Source: Alphaproteobacteria bacterium
GTDB taxonomy: Bacteria; Pseudomonadota; Alphaproteobacteria; Paracaedibacterales; CAITNM01
Reading direction: 5' to 3'
Assembly: GCA_037138055.1 (NCBI GenBank)
Contig: JBAXJB010000002.1
Coordinates: 4,968-68,967, forward strand
Length of the DNA stretch: 64,000 bases
The notes under the pieces are model-generated. The model ran no database searches and was not told the DNA's origin. It saw only the letters and a list, made by a program, of their open reading frames with translations. Below are positions 1-10,005 of this stretch, one piece after another (positions within the stretch are counted from its first letter, which is position 1; each line of letters begins with the position of its first letter). The position numbers and the translations under genes were made by a program.

Positions 1-57
1 TTTACTTTCTACAAATAATGAATATACTAAACACTTAACGAACTGCTTGCCAAAGAA

Positions 58-1953
58 ATGAAAAATTTTACTAAAATGAAAACTAAATTTTCAGAGCCCA
101 GGGGAACTATGCGATTTTTAGCCATACCACTATTTTTACTTTGTTCATCACTGTTAGTAGAAAAAGCAGAAGCATCAGCTTCTACTTTTGATGTTAGTAA
201 AGGTTTTTCAAGTGTAGTTGATAAACTTTTACCTGCTGTTGTTAGCGTTCAGGCAACTCAAGTTGTAGAGCAGCGTCCAAATGAAGGTGGAGTAATGGCA
301 ATGCCAGGTCTGCCACCTCAAGGTCGTATGGGGGCAGGTAATCCTTTGGAAGAGTTGTTCCGTGAATTCATGGGGCAAATGGATCGTCCACGTAAAATGC
401 AAGCTGTAGGCGCTGGTTTTATTACTTTTTGTGATGGTAAAATTGCATATGTAGTTACGAACCACCACGTCGTTTCTGAAGCTAAAACCCTAACTGTTGT
501 ACTGGAAGATAAAACTGAAATACCAGGAACATTGCTTGCTTCTGATGAAAGAAATGATGTCGCTGTTATAAAGCTTGATTTGTCATCTCTTCCAGCTGAC
601 AAACGCAATCTTCCAACCGTTGACTGGGCAGAATCTGATAAAGTTAAAACTGGTGATTGGGTTATTGCTATTGGAAATCCATTTAACTTTGGTGGAACTG
701 TTACAGTTGGTGTTGTTTCCCATAAGGGACGTTATGTTCCCTCAGGCATGCAACAAGACTTTGAATTTATTCAGCATAGTGCTCAAATCAACGTAGGCAG
801 TTCGGGTGGGGCACTATTTGACGTAAATGGCAAAGTTATTGGTATTAACAACGCCATTATTACCAACACAGGCGGAAACATTGGTATTGGGTTTGCTATT
901 CCTGCCAATGTTGCTCGTCAAACAGTTGATCAGCTTGTTAAGTACGGTAAAACGCGCCGGGGTCATTTGGGTATTCGTATTCAAGCGCTTGATGAGGATG
1001 CAGCAGAAAGCCAAGGATTAAAAGACCGAGGCGTTATTGTTGGCAGTGTCATTGAGGGGGGTCCTTCAGAAGGCAAGCTTGAACGAGGTGATATTATCCT
1101 TGAATTTGAAGGCAAAAAAGTTACTGAATCTTATATTCTTTCAAGAATGGTAGGAGAAACAGAGATTGGTAAGTCCATCACATTGAAAATTTGGCGTAAA
1201 GGAAAAACAACTGAATTTAAAATTAAAGTTGAGGAAATGCCAGATGTTAAAAAAGATGATCACAAAATAAAATTAGCTGCAGATGGCAGCTCTGCGACTG
1301 TCAATATAGCTGGTCTTGAAATCAGTAAAATTCCTGCTGACCTTAAAGAGCACTTGAAAGAACTCAATAAGGAAACTAAGGGAGTATTAATTCTTCGTGT
1401 GGACCATAACAGCATCGCTGGTGATCAAGGGTTGCTAATGAAAGGTGATATTATTGAAGAAGCAAACCACAAAGCTCTAGAATCACCTTCTGATTTTGAG
1501 TCAATTGTGAAGCAAGCTAAAAAAGAAAAGCGCAAAAATATTTTGTTATTAATTTCTCGAGATGGTAAACCAGCTTATTTGCCATTGCGCATTGAAGAAG
1601 AAACGCCTGTAAAGCCTGCAGAAGCAGTCAAGGAAGAAGCTAAACCAGAGGAAAAAAAAGAAGAAGCAAAAAAAATTGAACAACCAAAAGAAGTGGTTCC
1701 TCCGCTTCCAGAAAAAACAGAGCACGTGCATGCTACCGACACAACTCCCGTTCATGAAGTAGAAGAGAATCATGAAAATGAAGAAATCCATGAACTTCAA
1801 GATGCCGATGAGGATGATGTAAGGCCAGCAAAAGAAGGCGTTTCAGACAATACTCTTGCCAAAGACAGTAAAAATGCGCTACAAGAGAATGGTAGTGATT
1901 CTTTAACTTCACGTGTAGTGAATAAGTTAAGGTCAATATTTGGAAGAGGTTGA
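58..1953 (+). CDS. htrA: Periplasmic serine endoprotease, DegP/HtrA (Do) family, with a long acidic C-terminal tail
   Basis: 631-aa ORF with an N-terminal hydrophobic signal-like segment. Trypsin-fold triad contexts are present (TNHHV, NDVAVIK, GSSGGALF). PDZ-like segments follow the protease core. The last ~120 aa are E/K/D/H-rich low complexity. Confidence 0.9.
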   Translation: MKNFTKMKTKFSEPRGTMRFLAIPLFLLCSSLLVEKAEASASTFDVSKGFSSVVDKLLPAVVSVQATQVVEQRPNEGGVMAMPGLPPQGRMGAGNPLEELFREFMGQMDRPRKMQAVGAGFITFCDGKIAYVVTNHHVVSEAKTLTVVLEDKTEIPGTLLASDERNDVAVIKLDLSSLPADKRNLPTVDWAESDKVKTGDWVIAIGNPFNFGGTVTVGVVSHKGRYVPSGMQQDFEFIQHSAQINVGSSGGALFDVNGKVIGINNAIITNTGGNIGIGFAIPANVARQTVDQLVKYGKTRRGHLGIRIQALDEDAAESQGLKDRGVIVGSVIEGGPSEGKLERGDIILEFEGKKVTESYILSRMVGETEIGKSITLKIWRKGKTTEFKIKVEEMPDVKKDDHKIKLAADGSSATVNIAGLEISKIPADLKEHLKELNKETKGVLILRVDHNSIAGDQGLLMKGDIIEEANHKALESPSDFESIVKQAKKEKRKNILLLISRDGKPAYLPLRIEEETPVKPAEAVKEEAKPEEKKEEAKKIEQPKEVVPPLPEKTEHVHATDTTPVHEVEENHENEEIHELQDADEDDVRPAKEGVSDNTLAKDSKNALQENGSDSLTSRVVNKLRSIFGRG

Positions 1954-2510
1954 TGTTTATTCAAACTGAAGAAACTCCAAATCCACAGACTCTAAAATTT
2001 ATACCGGAAAATCCGGTATTGACTGAGGATTTTGGCGTAAAATCCCTTGAATTCAAAAGGAATCAAGACGCATCGGCATCGCCGCTTGCTAAAAGATTGT
2101 TGTTGGTTGAAGGCATTGAAGGCGTTTTTTTTAGTGCTGATTACGTTTCCATCACCAAGCAAGAATCGTTTGATTGGTATGTTTTAAAGCCAGTCATTCT
2201 CGGGCTTTTAATGGAACATTTCATTAATGGACTTCCAATCTACACAGGAAATACCGAAGAAGCTGTGGATGATTCGGATCCACTTATTAAGCAAATTCGA
2301 GAGATTATTGACACCCGCGTACGTCCATCAGTAGCTATGGATGGGGGTGACATCACTTTTGAATCATTTAAAGATGGGATTGTTTATTTAAAGCTTCGCG
2401 GGGCATGCAGTGGCTGCCCTAGTTCAACCGAGACATTAAAATCAGGCATTGAAAATATGCTAAAATATTATGTTCCAGAAGTTCAGGAGGTCTGTCAGTA
2501 TGCAGAATAA
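1953..2510 (+). CDS. Nfu/NifU-type Fe-S cluster scaffold protein
   Basis: Nfu_N-like N-terminus (FIQTEETPNPQTLKF) and a NifU C-terminal CxxC motif (ACSGCPSS). The ATG overlaps the htrA stop (TGATG). The ORF track starts 3 nt earlier at a TTG. Confidence 0.85.
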   Translation: MFIQTEETPNPQTLKFIPENPVLTEDFGVKSLEFKRNQDASASPLAKRLLLVEGIEGVFFSADYVSITKQESFDWYVLKPVILGLLMEHFINGLPIYTGNTEEAVDDSDPLIKQIREIIDTRVRPSVAMDGGDITFESFKDGIVYLKLRGACSGCPSSTETLKSGIENMLKYYVPEVQEVCQYAE

Positions 2511-3129
2511 ATTAGGTCGTTTTTTTCTTCCCTTACTTGTAACGCTAAGTAATTTACAACCAGCAAATGCAATGGTTACTCCCGCTTTAAAAAACAAAAC
2601 CCCAAAGCGGTTGAATTTTTCAAAAAAAGACTGCAAAAACCTTATTAAACAGCTTGAACAAGTGCACGGAATTCCAGCAGGGTTGTTGGCAGCTATCGGA
2701 GCCGTTGAATCAGAACACACTCCATTTGCAGTAAACTGTAATGGAAAGGCTCGCATGTTTACCAATCATGACGCAGCTAAGCAGTATATAAGAGAGTTGA
2801 GAAATCAAGGAATTATTGATATTAACATCGGTATTTTGCAAATTAATTATGCTTATCACCAAAAGCGCTTTAAAACTGCTGAAGAATTTCTTGATCCTAA
2901 TAACAATGTACCATATGCAGCTAAATACCTGGCTTCTCTGAAACAAATTCATGGTTCTTGGGAAAAGGCTGTGAAATTCTATCATTCTCCAGTTGCTAGG
3001 TATCAAAACATGTACTTTACAAAAGTGATGAATGCATTAAAACAAATTGATGTGAGTACACATCAACAGCTTGTTAGCACAAAAACATCAAGCTTCAAAT
3101 TGGCAAGATCTAAAAAAACAGCAGCATAA
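2500..3129 (+). CDS. Lytic transglycosylase (SLT domain), secreted
   Basis: Signal peptide (FFLPLLVTLSNLQPANA). SLT-like catalytic Glu context (AAIGAVESEHTPFA) followed by GILQINYAYH. Start chosen at the internal ATG (MQNKLG), which overlaps the nfu end. Confidence 0.7.
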   Translation: MQNKLGRFFLPLLVTLSNLQPANAMVTPALKNKTPKRLNFSKKDCKNLIKQLEQVHGIPAGLLAAIGAVESEHTPFAVNCNGKARMFTNHDAAKQYIRELRNQGIIDINIGILQINYAYHQKRFKTAEEFLDPNNNVPYAAKYLASLKQIHGSWEKAVKFYHSPVARYQNMYFTKVMNALKQIDVSTHQQLVSTKTSSFKLARSKKTAA

Positions 3130-3136
3130 AATATAG

Positions 3137-4003
3137 GTGACTAAGTTCAATACACATCAAACAGCTAAAATTCTTTGCGGAACAACCCTGGCAGATGCCC
3201 AGCAAGTTCTTATAGCTCAATCTGCTAAAGAAATAAAATTAAACAGAGGGTGGGCTCCGTGTCTTACCGTTGTTTTGGTTGGAGAGCATCCTTCAAGTCT
3301 TGTTTATGTTGGGGCCAAACAAAAAGCCTGTAAAAGTGTTGGTATCGAATCTAGAGTATTGAAGCTCGGAGCAAACACACCTCAAGCTGAACTTCAAAAA
3401 ATAATAGAAGACCTGAATGCTGATTCATCAGTTGATGGTATTCTTATTCAGTTACCTTTGCCGAATGGCTTAAATGCTAATGCATTGTTGGATATTTTAA
3501 ATCCAGAAAAAGATGTTGATGGCCTAACACCTCATAATCTTGGCCTCTTAATGAGTAAACGTCCGGCATTTATTCCTTGCACACCGCTTGGGTGTATGGA
3601 TTTGATTACGCAAGTAATTGACCCAGCGGGTAAAAGAGTCGTAGTATTTGGTCGCTCCATTTTAGTAGGGCGCCCCATAGCGCTTTTGCTTGAAGCAGCT
3701 AACGCCACAGTTACAATAGTCCATTCCATTTCCACTAATGCAAAAGAGATAGCTCGTGAAGCTGACATTGTTGTTGCCGCAATTGGCCACCCTAATTTCA
3801 TTACAGCTGATTACATAAAACCAGGCGCTGTAGTAATTGATGTGGGCATGACTAGATGTGAGAATAAGCTATTGGGTGATGTACATGAATCAGTTGCAGC
3901 TGTGGCAGGATGGTTGACCCCTGTTCCTTTTGGGGTGGGGCCTATGACTATTACTAAACTTTTGAGTAATACGGTATTGGCAGCACTTCGACATGCAAAT
4001 TAA
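3137..4003 (+). CDS. folD: Bifunctional methylenetetrahydrofolate dehydrogenase/methenyl-THF cyclohydrolase
   Basis: 288 aa with a GTG start. Typical FolD blocks: PCLTVVLVGEHPSSLVYV, DGILIQLPLP, PEKDVDG, PCTPLG, VVFGRSILVGRP, GGVGPMT-like PFGVGPMTI. Confidence 0.9.
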   Translation: MTKFNTHQTAKILCGTTLADAQQVLIAQSAKEIKLNRGWAPCLTVVLVGEHPSSLVYVGAKQKACKSVGIESRVLKLGANTPQAELQKIIEDLNADSSVDGILIQLPLPNGLNANALLDILNPEKDVDGLTPHNLGLLMSKRPAFIPCTPLGCMDLITQVIDPAGKRVVVFGRSILVGRPIALLLEAANATVTIVHSISTNAKEIAREADIVVAAIGHPNFITADYIKPGAVVIDVGMTRCENKLLGDVHESVAAVAGWLTPVPFGVGPMTITKLLSNTVLAALRHAN

Positions 4004-4727
4004 TGCAATCAAAACTCATAAGGTATCTGCAAATGAATCCTTGGAAAGTGTTCTCGACCAATACGTGACTAATCTTAATAATGGCGATATTTTGGCCATT
4101 ACTTCAAAAATTGTTAGTCTTTGCCAGGGACTGGTAGTTGAAAAATCATCTATTTCCAAACGTGATCTTATAGCTCGTGAAGCTGATCGTATTTTGCATA
4201 CAGACCATAATCCATATGACCTGTACCTTACCATTAAAGACAACATCCTTATTCCCTCTGCAGGCATTGATGAATCAAACAGTAATGGTGTGTATATTTT
4301 ATACCCCCAAAACGTGCAGGCTGTTGCTCACACTATTTGGCAACATTTGACTGCTAAATTTTCCATAGAAAACTTAGGCGTTATTATTACCGATAGTCAT
4401 ACAACCCCAATGCGTCGGGGTGTTACAGGAATTACCCTTGGTTGGTGTGGATTTGAACCACTGCATTCTTATGTTAATAAGCCAGATATTTATGGAAACC
4501 TGCTGCATGTGACCCAAATCAATATTCTTGATGCGCTGGCAACGTCTGCAGTTTTCATGATGGGAGAGGGGGATGAACAAACCCCCCTAGCAATTATACG
4601 TAATGCTCCTAAAATAAAGTTCACATCGCTTGCACCAACCACTGAAGAAGAGAAAAGCGTCACTATCAGCATGGCAGAAGATTTGTACGCCCCGCTGCTT
4701 ATGGCTGCAAAGTGGGCTAAGAGTTAG
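3993..4727 (+). CDS. CofE/F420-ligase-fold gamma-glutamyl ligase; candidate FolC2-type folylpolyglutamate synthase
   Basis: 244 aa resembling the F420-0:gamma-glutamyl ligase fold (ITSKIVSLCQG, IPSAGIDESN, ITDSHTTPMRRGVTGITLG). Overlaps the folD 3' end by 11 nt. Confidence 0.6.
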   Translation: MQINAIKTHKVSANESLESVLDQYVTNLNNGDILAITSKIVSLCQGLVVEKSSISKRDLIAREADRILHTDHNPYDLYLTIKDNILIPSAGIDESNSNGVYILYPQNVQAVAHTIWQHLTAKFSIENLGVIITDSHTTPMRRGVTGITLGWCGFEPLHSYVNKPDIYGNLLHVTQINILDALATSAVFMMGEGDEQTPLAIIRNAPKIKFTSLAPTTEEEKSVTISMAEDLYAPLLMAAKWAKS

Positions 4728-4730
4728 AAG

Positions 4731-5165
4731 TTAGGCGTCATCTTTTGTTTCGTTATCTCCATTAGATTGTGCTGATGCGTCCTGCAGTTCTTTAATGCGC
4801 TGAAGCTCTTGCAACATAGTGGGAACTTTGGCGATAAGCAAACATTGATAATGGCTCAGTGCAACGATAGCCTCATCTATATTCGGCTGTTCACAATTTA
4901 ATGCATTAAAAATGGCTTCAAGACGAGCGCGTGTATCAAGCAAAGAAAGCTGAATGGCGGCAATTTTATCGTTTCTATGCGTTACGGAAACTTCTGTATC
5001 TGAATCATCGCTATCATCATCTCCATGCCTACTGCTACTTGTGGGTTTTGGTGTTTCATCAAGAGAATATAAATTTTCCCAACTGCCGTCACCTGCAGTA
5101 GCAAAAATAGGGGGAATAATCAAAGAAACTAAACAGACTAAACAGACTAAACGTAAGCATTTCAT
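4731..5165 (-). CDS. Hypothetical secreted protein
   Basis: 144-aa ORF with an N-terminal signal peptide (LVCLVCLVSLIIPPIFATA), an acidic Ser/Asp stretch and a helical C-terminus. No recognisable domain. Confidence 0.5.
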   Translation of the reverse strand: MKCLRLVCLVCLVSLIIPPIFATAGDGSWENLYSLDETPKPTSSSRHGDDDSDDSDTEVSVTHRNDKIAAIQLSLLDTRARLEAIFNALNCEQPNIDEAIVALSHYQCLLIAKVPTMLQELQRIKELQDASAQSNGDNETKDDA

Positions 5166-5274
5166 ACGTATTCCTTTTCATAGGTCAGTAGTCCATATAA
5201 AAATTTTGAACTACTCAGCAACAAAATGAAAGGAGTTTATGCATTTTCGCCATTTAGTATGTAGTATGGCTATT

Positions 5275-6558
5275 CTATTTCCTAAAAATTCCAACTACTT
5301 CTAAATGAGCAGCCCATAAAAATTGGTCTACTGGGTGCACAACTTCCAAGGTGTATCCGCCATTTTCCAAAACTTTTGCGTCTTTGGCAAACGTATGGGG
5401 ATTACATGAAATATAAATAATCAACGGTACCTTGCTTAGGGCTAGCTGCTGTATTTGCTTTTCAGCACCGGCACGCGGAGGGTCAATCACTACCGTACTA
5501 TAGTCATTTAATGCTTTTGTATCTAAAGGATTCTCGAACAGGTCCTGAACGTATGCAGACAGTGGAAATCCTTTGGCTGCTTCTGTAAGTACTTCAATAG
5601 CTTTGGGAGCGCCCTCAAACGCATCTACCAGTCCGTAGTCTAATAAAACGCCACTGAACGTGCCGCGTCCGCAAAATAAATCTAATAGTTTTGTTTGTGG
5701 ACCTGCCTTATCAAGGGTTTGAATTACAATGTCTTGCATCCACCCCTGTGCCATGCTGCTTGCTTGTAAAAATGCCCAAGGGTCCACCGGTACTGTTAAT
5801 TGACCAAATTTAGTTGTCATAGGCGCCACTTGCCATAACACGTCATACACCTTGCGATGCCTAAATTGCAGCCTATTCCATTTCGCCTGTTCAGCAATGG
5901 CGCTTAGTTGTGCGCGTTGATCTTCAGTTAGCTGATTTATCCCTTGAACTTCAATGGCAATATCTACCAGGCCTTCTAGTTCCAAAATAAAAATTGTTGA
6001 TTTTTGAAAGGGCTCAAGCAGGTTTTCTAATGCTGTGCGCAAAAAGGGCAGGGCTTCTTGCAACGGTTGCGTTAAAACCGGACATTCTTCCATATCAATA
6101 ATCTGGTGGCTTTGAAGACGGTGAAAGCCCATGAAAAGCTTATCACCTTTTTTAACAGCTTCAAGGTTCGCCCGGCGCCGTTGAGCCGGTGGCACTACTT
6201 TAATGGGTTCAATAACATAAGGGTTCAGACCGTTATCTAAAAATGCTTGAGTTAATAACGCCGTTTTGAATTCTTTATAAAACCCTTCACTAGCGTGTTG
6301 CAGTATGCATCCCCCGCAAGCGGTAAAATGCTTACATGCAGGAGGTTGCCGTTCACTAGATGGCTTAAGAACCTGTTTGAAATACGTATTAGTGCGCCTT
6401 GGGTATTGCACCCGTTCAAACTCAACTTCTTCTCCAGGAAGGCAAAACGGCAGTTCTGTATCGCCACTGCTGCTTATTACCTCGGCAAAGCAATTGTCCT
6501 TTAGGCGCAAAGCCTTTCCTGTTGCTTGGGTAATTATTGGCGGAGTTTGATTACGCAT
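5275..6558 (-). CDS. 23S rRNA (uracil-C5)-methyltransferase, RlmD/RumA family
   Basis: 427 aa. Cys cluster CKHFTACGGCILQH typical of the RumA 4Fe-4S site. SAM motif LLDLFCGRGTFS. C-terminal VVIDPPRAG and IIYISCNP blocks. Confidence 0.8.
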   Translation of the reverse strand: MRNQTPPIITQATGKALRLKDNCFAEVISSSGDTELPFCLPGEEVEFERVQYPRRTNTYFKQVLKPSSERQPPACKHFTACGGCILQHASEGFYKEFKTALLTQAFLDNGLNPYVIEPIKVVPPAQRRRANLEAVKKGDKLFMGFHRLQSHQIIDMEECPVLTQPLQEALPFLRTALENLLEPFQKSTIFILELEGLVDIAIEVQGINQLTEDQRAQLSAIAEQAKWNRLQFRHRKVYDVLWQVAPMTTKFGQLTVPVDPWAFLQASSMAQGWMQDIVIQTLDKAGPQTKLLDLFCGRGTFSGVLLDYGLVDAFEGAPKAIEVLTEAAKGFPLSAYVQDLFENPLDTKALNDYSTVVIDPPRAGAEKQIQQLALSKVPLIIYISCNPHTFAKDAKVLENGGYTLEVVHPVDQFLWAAHLEVVGIFRK

Positions 6559-6732
6559 AAAACACTAATGTAGACGTTGATTCATAACTTCGCATGTTAA
6601 GTCTTTTTGTTTTTTTAATCTATGCAAAAGTGACAGTACGTAGAAGAGGCGAAATATTTTTTACAATATTTACTATTTGTTCATTAATTACTCCTTACAC
6701 TAAATATAGTTACTCAAATAGGTAATTTGGTA

Positions 6733-7344
6733 ATGATTGATAAGGTTTTTGTACTTCTCACCTTATGGCCTTGCATATGGGCCTGTGGCGAACTGTCTGA
6801 AATTGAATCTTATCTGGGTGATATAGAATATTGCCTAAGGGAGTGGTCAGTATGCAAAATCTATACACAACAAGAAATGGACTCATTGCCACAAGCTACG
6901 CAATTTGCAGGTCGTGAACGCCTTATTGAACATATGAAAAGTATGAATTCCATATTAGACCGCTACGCCAATTTCAAACTTAAACGCGACGAGGGGCTTG
7001 CCTTAAGCGCAAAAATCAAAACATTTGCTGACATAGACGTATTTCAAGAAGAATTTTTTGCTTCAGAAGACGCTGTTGAGGGAGATCCCAACGCTACAAT
7101 AGAAAGATGCCTAAAATATTGTGGAATATTTTTAGCGAAGCGTCAGCTTATCTCTATGTTTAGTGGCGACAGAATCCGCGGAGAACCCTATTACAAAGCC
7201 ACAACTGAACCGGTTTATCTTTATATGAAAAAATTAAAGGAAAACATTGAATATGATGGCGGCTGTATAGGACGCTACAATGCAACGCTTGCAACTATAA
7301 AGGTAACAGGTGCCAAAAAATCATGGTTATGGTACCCTTGGTAA
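6733..7344 (+). CDS. Hypothetical protein (ORFan)
   Basis: Long ORF with a hydrophobic N-terminus ([13 protein letters not shown]) and no recognised motif. ATG at 6733; the ORF track starts at a TTG at 6727. Confidence 0.4.
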   Translation: MIDKVFVLLTLWPCIWACGELSEIESYLGDIEYCLREWSVCKIYTQQEMDSLPQATQFAGRERLIEHMKSMNSILDRYANFKLKRDEGLALSAKIKTFADIDVFQEEFFASEDAVEGDPNATIERCLKYCGIFLAKRQLISMFSGDRIRGEPYYKATTEPVYLYMKKLKENIEYDGGCIGRYNATLATIKVTGAKKSWLWYPW

Positions 7345-7363
7345 AAAAGTAAGGGTAATTCCA

Positions 7364-8287
7364 ATGGAATACGTAATTTACGGCGTTGCTGCGCTGGTTG
7401 GTATTTATTTAATACGTTCAGTACGTATTGTACCACAAGGGTATGAACACACAGTTGAACGGTTTGGTCGCTACATTCAAACCTTAAAACCTGGTTTGAA
7501 TCTGATTATTCCTTTCGTTGATGCGGTTGGATCTAAAATCAACATGATGGAATCAGTCTTGCAAGTTCCATCGCAAGATATTATCACCAAAGACAACGCA
7601 GTCGTGAATGTTGACGGAGTGATTTTTTATCAAATTCTTGATGCATCAAAGGCGGCATACGAAGTGACTAACCTTCAAGTTGCAATTTTAAATTTAACCA
7701 TGACCAATATTCGTACTGTTATGGGTTCAATGGATTTAGATGAATTGCTATCATGCCGTGAAAAAATCAATGCACGTCTATTGTCTGTAATTGATGGTGC
7801 CACACACCCATGGGGCACAAAAGTGACTCGTATTGAAATTAAAGATATTAAGCCCCCTAAGGACTTAGTTGATTCCATGGGGCGCCAAATGAAGGCTGAA
7901 CGTGAAAAGCGCGCTTCAATTTTAGAAGCAGAAGGTCAGCGTCAATCTGAAATTCTAAAAGCAGAAGGCGAAAAGCAAGCCGCTGTCCTACAAGCCGAAG
8001 GTAAGCTAGAAGCTGCACGCCGCGAAGCTGATGGTCGTGAACGTCTAGCAGAAGCAGAAGCAAACGCTACTATCGCAATGTCAAATGCTATCAAGACCAG
8101 CGGACCAATGCCATTACAATATTTCATTGCAGAACGCTACGTTCAAGCATTCAAAGACCTTGCATGCTCACCAAATCAGAAGGTGATTATGCTACCTTAT
8201 GAAGCTACGAATATGCTAAGTTCAATTCAAGGAATTCGTGAGCTTTTAGATGCTACCGATTCAAACCCAAAATCAAAGAAAGCCTAA
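7364..8287 (+). CDS. SPFH/band-7 (stomatin-like) membrane protein
   Basis: N-terminal TM segment followed by the SPFH core ([42 protein letters not shown]) and a coiled-coil [26 protein letters not shown]. Start set at the internal ATG (MEYVIYG). Confidence 0.85.
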   Translation: MEYVIYGVAALVGIYLIRSVRIVPQGYEHTVERFGRYIQTLKPGLNLIIPFVDAVGSKINMMESVLQVPSQDIITKDNAVVNVDGVIFYQILDASKAAYEVTNLQVAILNLTMTNIRTVMGSMDLDELLSCREKINARLLSVIDGATHPWGTKVTRIEIKDIKPPKDLVDSMGRQMKAEREKRASILEAEGQRQSEILKAEGEKQAAVLQAEGKLEAARREADGRERLAEAEANATIAMSNAIKTSGPMPLQYFIAERYVQAFKDLACSPNQKVIMLPYEATNMLSSIQGIRELLDATDSNPKSKKA

Positions 8288-8299
8288 CGGAGATAATTT

Positions 8300-8743
8300 A
8301 TGGATGCGATGTTTAATTTTTGTATGAATATGGCTGCTTGGCAGTGGATGAGCTTAGGTGTGGCTTTCTTGGCATTTGAGCTAATGTTCCCAGGCATATT
8401 TATGTTGTGGTTTGGTATTAGCGGTTTACTTACCTCTGGCCTTGTGTACTTATTAGGTTTTTCAGGTGCACCTGCCATTATCATTTTCTTGGTACTTGGT
8501 TTGGTGGTTAGCTTTTTTGGCTATAAGTTCCAAAACAAAGAACCTAAGTTTTTAGTCAACAACATGAAAAAGGCGATGATTAATAAAACGATCACCCTTC
8601 AAGAACCAATCACAAACGGACAAGCGCGTGTGAAAATTGGCGATGGTCACTGGACAGTAACAGGACCTGATCTCCCAACTGGTTCAAAAGTTAAGGTTGT
8701 GGAAGTTTCTGGAAACAGCTTAGTTGTTGAATTGGCGAAGTAA
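8300..8743 (+). CDS. NfeD-family membrane protein (partner of the SPFH protein)
   Basis: 147 aa with multi-TM N-terminal half and a C-terminal OB-like soluble segment (GQARVKIGDGHWTVTG...VKVVEVSGNSLVV). Lies directly downstream of the SPFH gene, as in known SPFH-NfeD operons. Confidence 0.75.
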   Translation: MDAMFNFCMNMAAWQWMSLGVAFLAFELMFPGIFMLWFGISGLLTSGLVYLLGFSGAPAIIIFLVLGLVVSFFGYKFQNKEPKFLVNNMKKAMINKTITLQEPITNGQARVKIGDGHWTVTGPDLPTGSKVKVVEVSGNSLVVELAK

Positions 8744-8744
8744 T

Positions 8745-9956
8745 CTACCCAGCCATCTTCATAAAGAGCTTGCCCCATAAACAACTAAGTGCATTGACCA
8801 TATCGTGAATCATTTCTTTGGTATGAAAGGGCGTTACCGTTAGGCGCAGGCGCTCTTCCCCTCTGGGGACGGTTGGGTAATTGATTGGTTGTACGTAAAT
8901 GTCAAAATCATGTAAAAGTGCGTCAGTAAAGTCTTTACATGCTTTGGCGTCACCAATAACCACTGGCACAATATGGCTTGGGGTATTGTGGTAATTCACT
9001 TGTGTTTTAGCTAAAAGGCTTTTTAACAAGTTAACATTATCCCAAAGCTTCTCGCGCAGGTCATCCGCTTCTTGCAATACTTTAATTGAAGTTGTTGCAG
9101 CACTTGCCACCATTGGCGGAAGAGATGTTGTAAAAATAAAACCAGAAGCCAAACTGCGCACATAATCAACCAGGGATTTTGACCCAGTAATGTAGCCACC
9201 AATCACGCCATAAGCTTTTGCAAAATTTCCTTGAATAACATCAATGCGGTGTTGTTGATTAAGCGCATTGGCCAAACCAGCACCGCCCTTGCCATATATG
9301 CCAACTGCGTGCACTTCATCTAAATAGGTTAGGGCGTTGTATTCTTTAGCCAAATCGCAAATAACTTCTATGGGGGCAAAATCTCCCTCCATGGAATATA
9401 CAGAAACAAAAGCAATCAGCTTAGGTTGCTTTTTGTCATATTGCTCTAGCTGTTTGCGTAATTCATCTAAATTATTGTGAGAAAACACATGTTTTTGCAC
9501 ACGGCTGTGGCTTATGCCATGAATCATGGATGCATGAATTTTTTCATCGCAAAATGCCACACAATTAGGCAGGCCTTTAGCTAAGGTGCACAATGCAGCT
9601 TCATTGGCTACGTAGCCAGATGTAAAAACGAGCCCTGCTTCTTTTTCGTGCAAATCCGCAATGGTACGTTCAAGTTCCACGTGTAAATGGGCTGTGCCTG
9701 AAATATTGCGTGTGCCACCAGAACCAGCTCCATATGCTTTAGTTGCTTGTATCGCCGCTTCAATAACGCTGGGGTGATGACTCATGCCTAAATAATCATT
9801 GCTGCACCAAACAACTACAGGCTTAGGCCCATTGGCAGAATGCCAGGTTGCAACAGGTGAATTATGGGCATGCCGCTCTAAATCAGCAAACACACGGTAG
9901 CGTCCCTCTGATTTTAAAACATTTAGTTCTTGCTCAAAAAAATTATCGTAAGGCAT
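8745..9956 (-). CDS. hemA: 5-aminolevulinate synthase
   Basis: 403-aa alpha-oxoamine synthase. ALAS-like N-terminus (FFEQELNVLKSEGRYRVFADLER, VVWCSNDYLGMSHHP) and PLP-Lys region (FTTSLPP). Confidence 0.85.
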   Translation of the reverse strand: MPYDNFFEQELNVLKSEGRYRVFADLERHAHNSPVATWHSANGPKPVVVWCSNDYLGMSHHPSVIEAAIQATKAYGAGSGGTRNISGTAHLHVELERTIADLHEKEAGLVFTSGYVANEAALCTLAKGLPNCVAFCDEKIHASMIHGISHSRVQKHVFSHNNLDELRKQLEQYDKKQPKLIAFVSVYSMEGDFAPIEVICDLAKEYNALTYLDEVHAVGIYGKGGAGLANALNQQHRIDVIQGNFAKAYGVIGGYITGSKSLVDYVRSLASGFIFTTSLPPMVASAATTSIKVLQEADDLREKLWDNVNLLKSLLAKTQVNYHNTPSHIVPVVIGDAKACKDFTDALLHDFDIYVQPINYPTVPRGEERLRLTVTPFHTKEMIHDMVNALSCLWGKLFMKMAG

Positions 9957-10005
9957 CGGGGTAGTTTGCAGGTTTTTAATGGAAACATAAAGAGGAATTT
10001 GTGCT

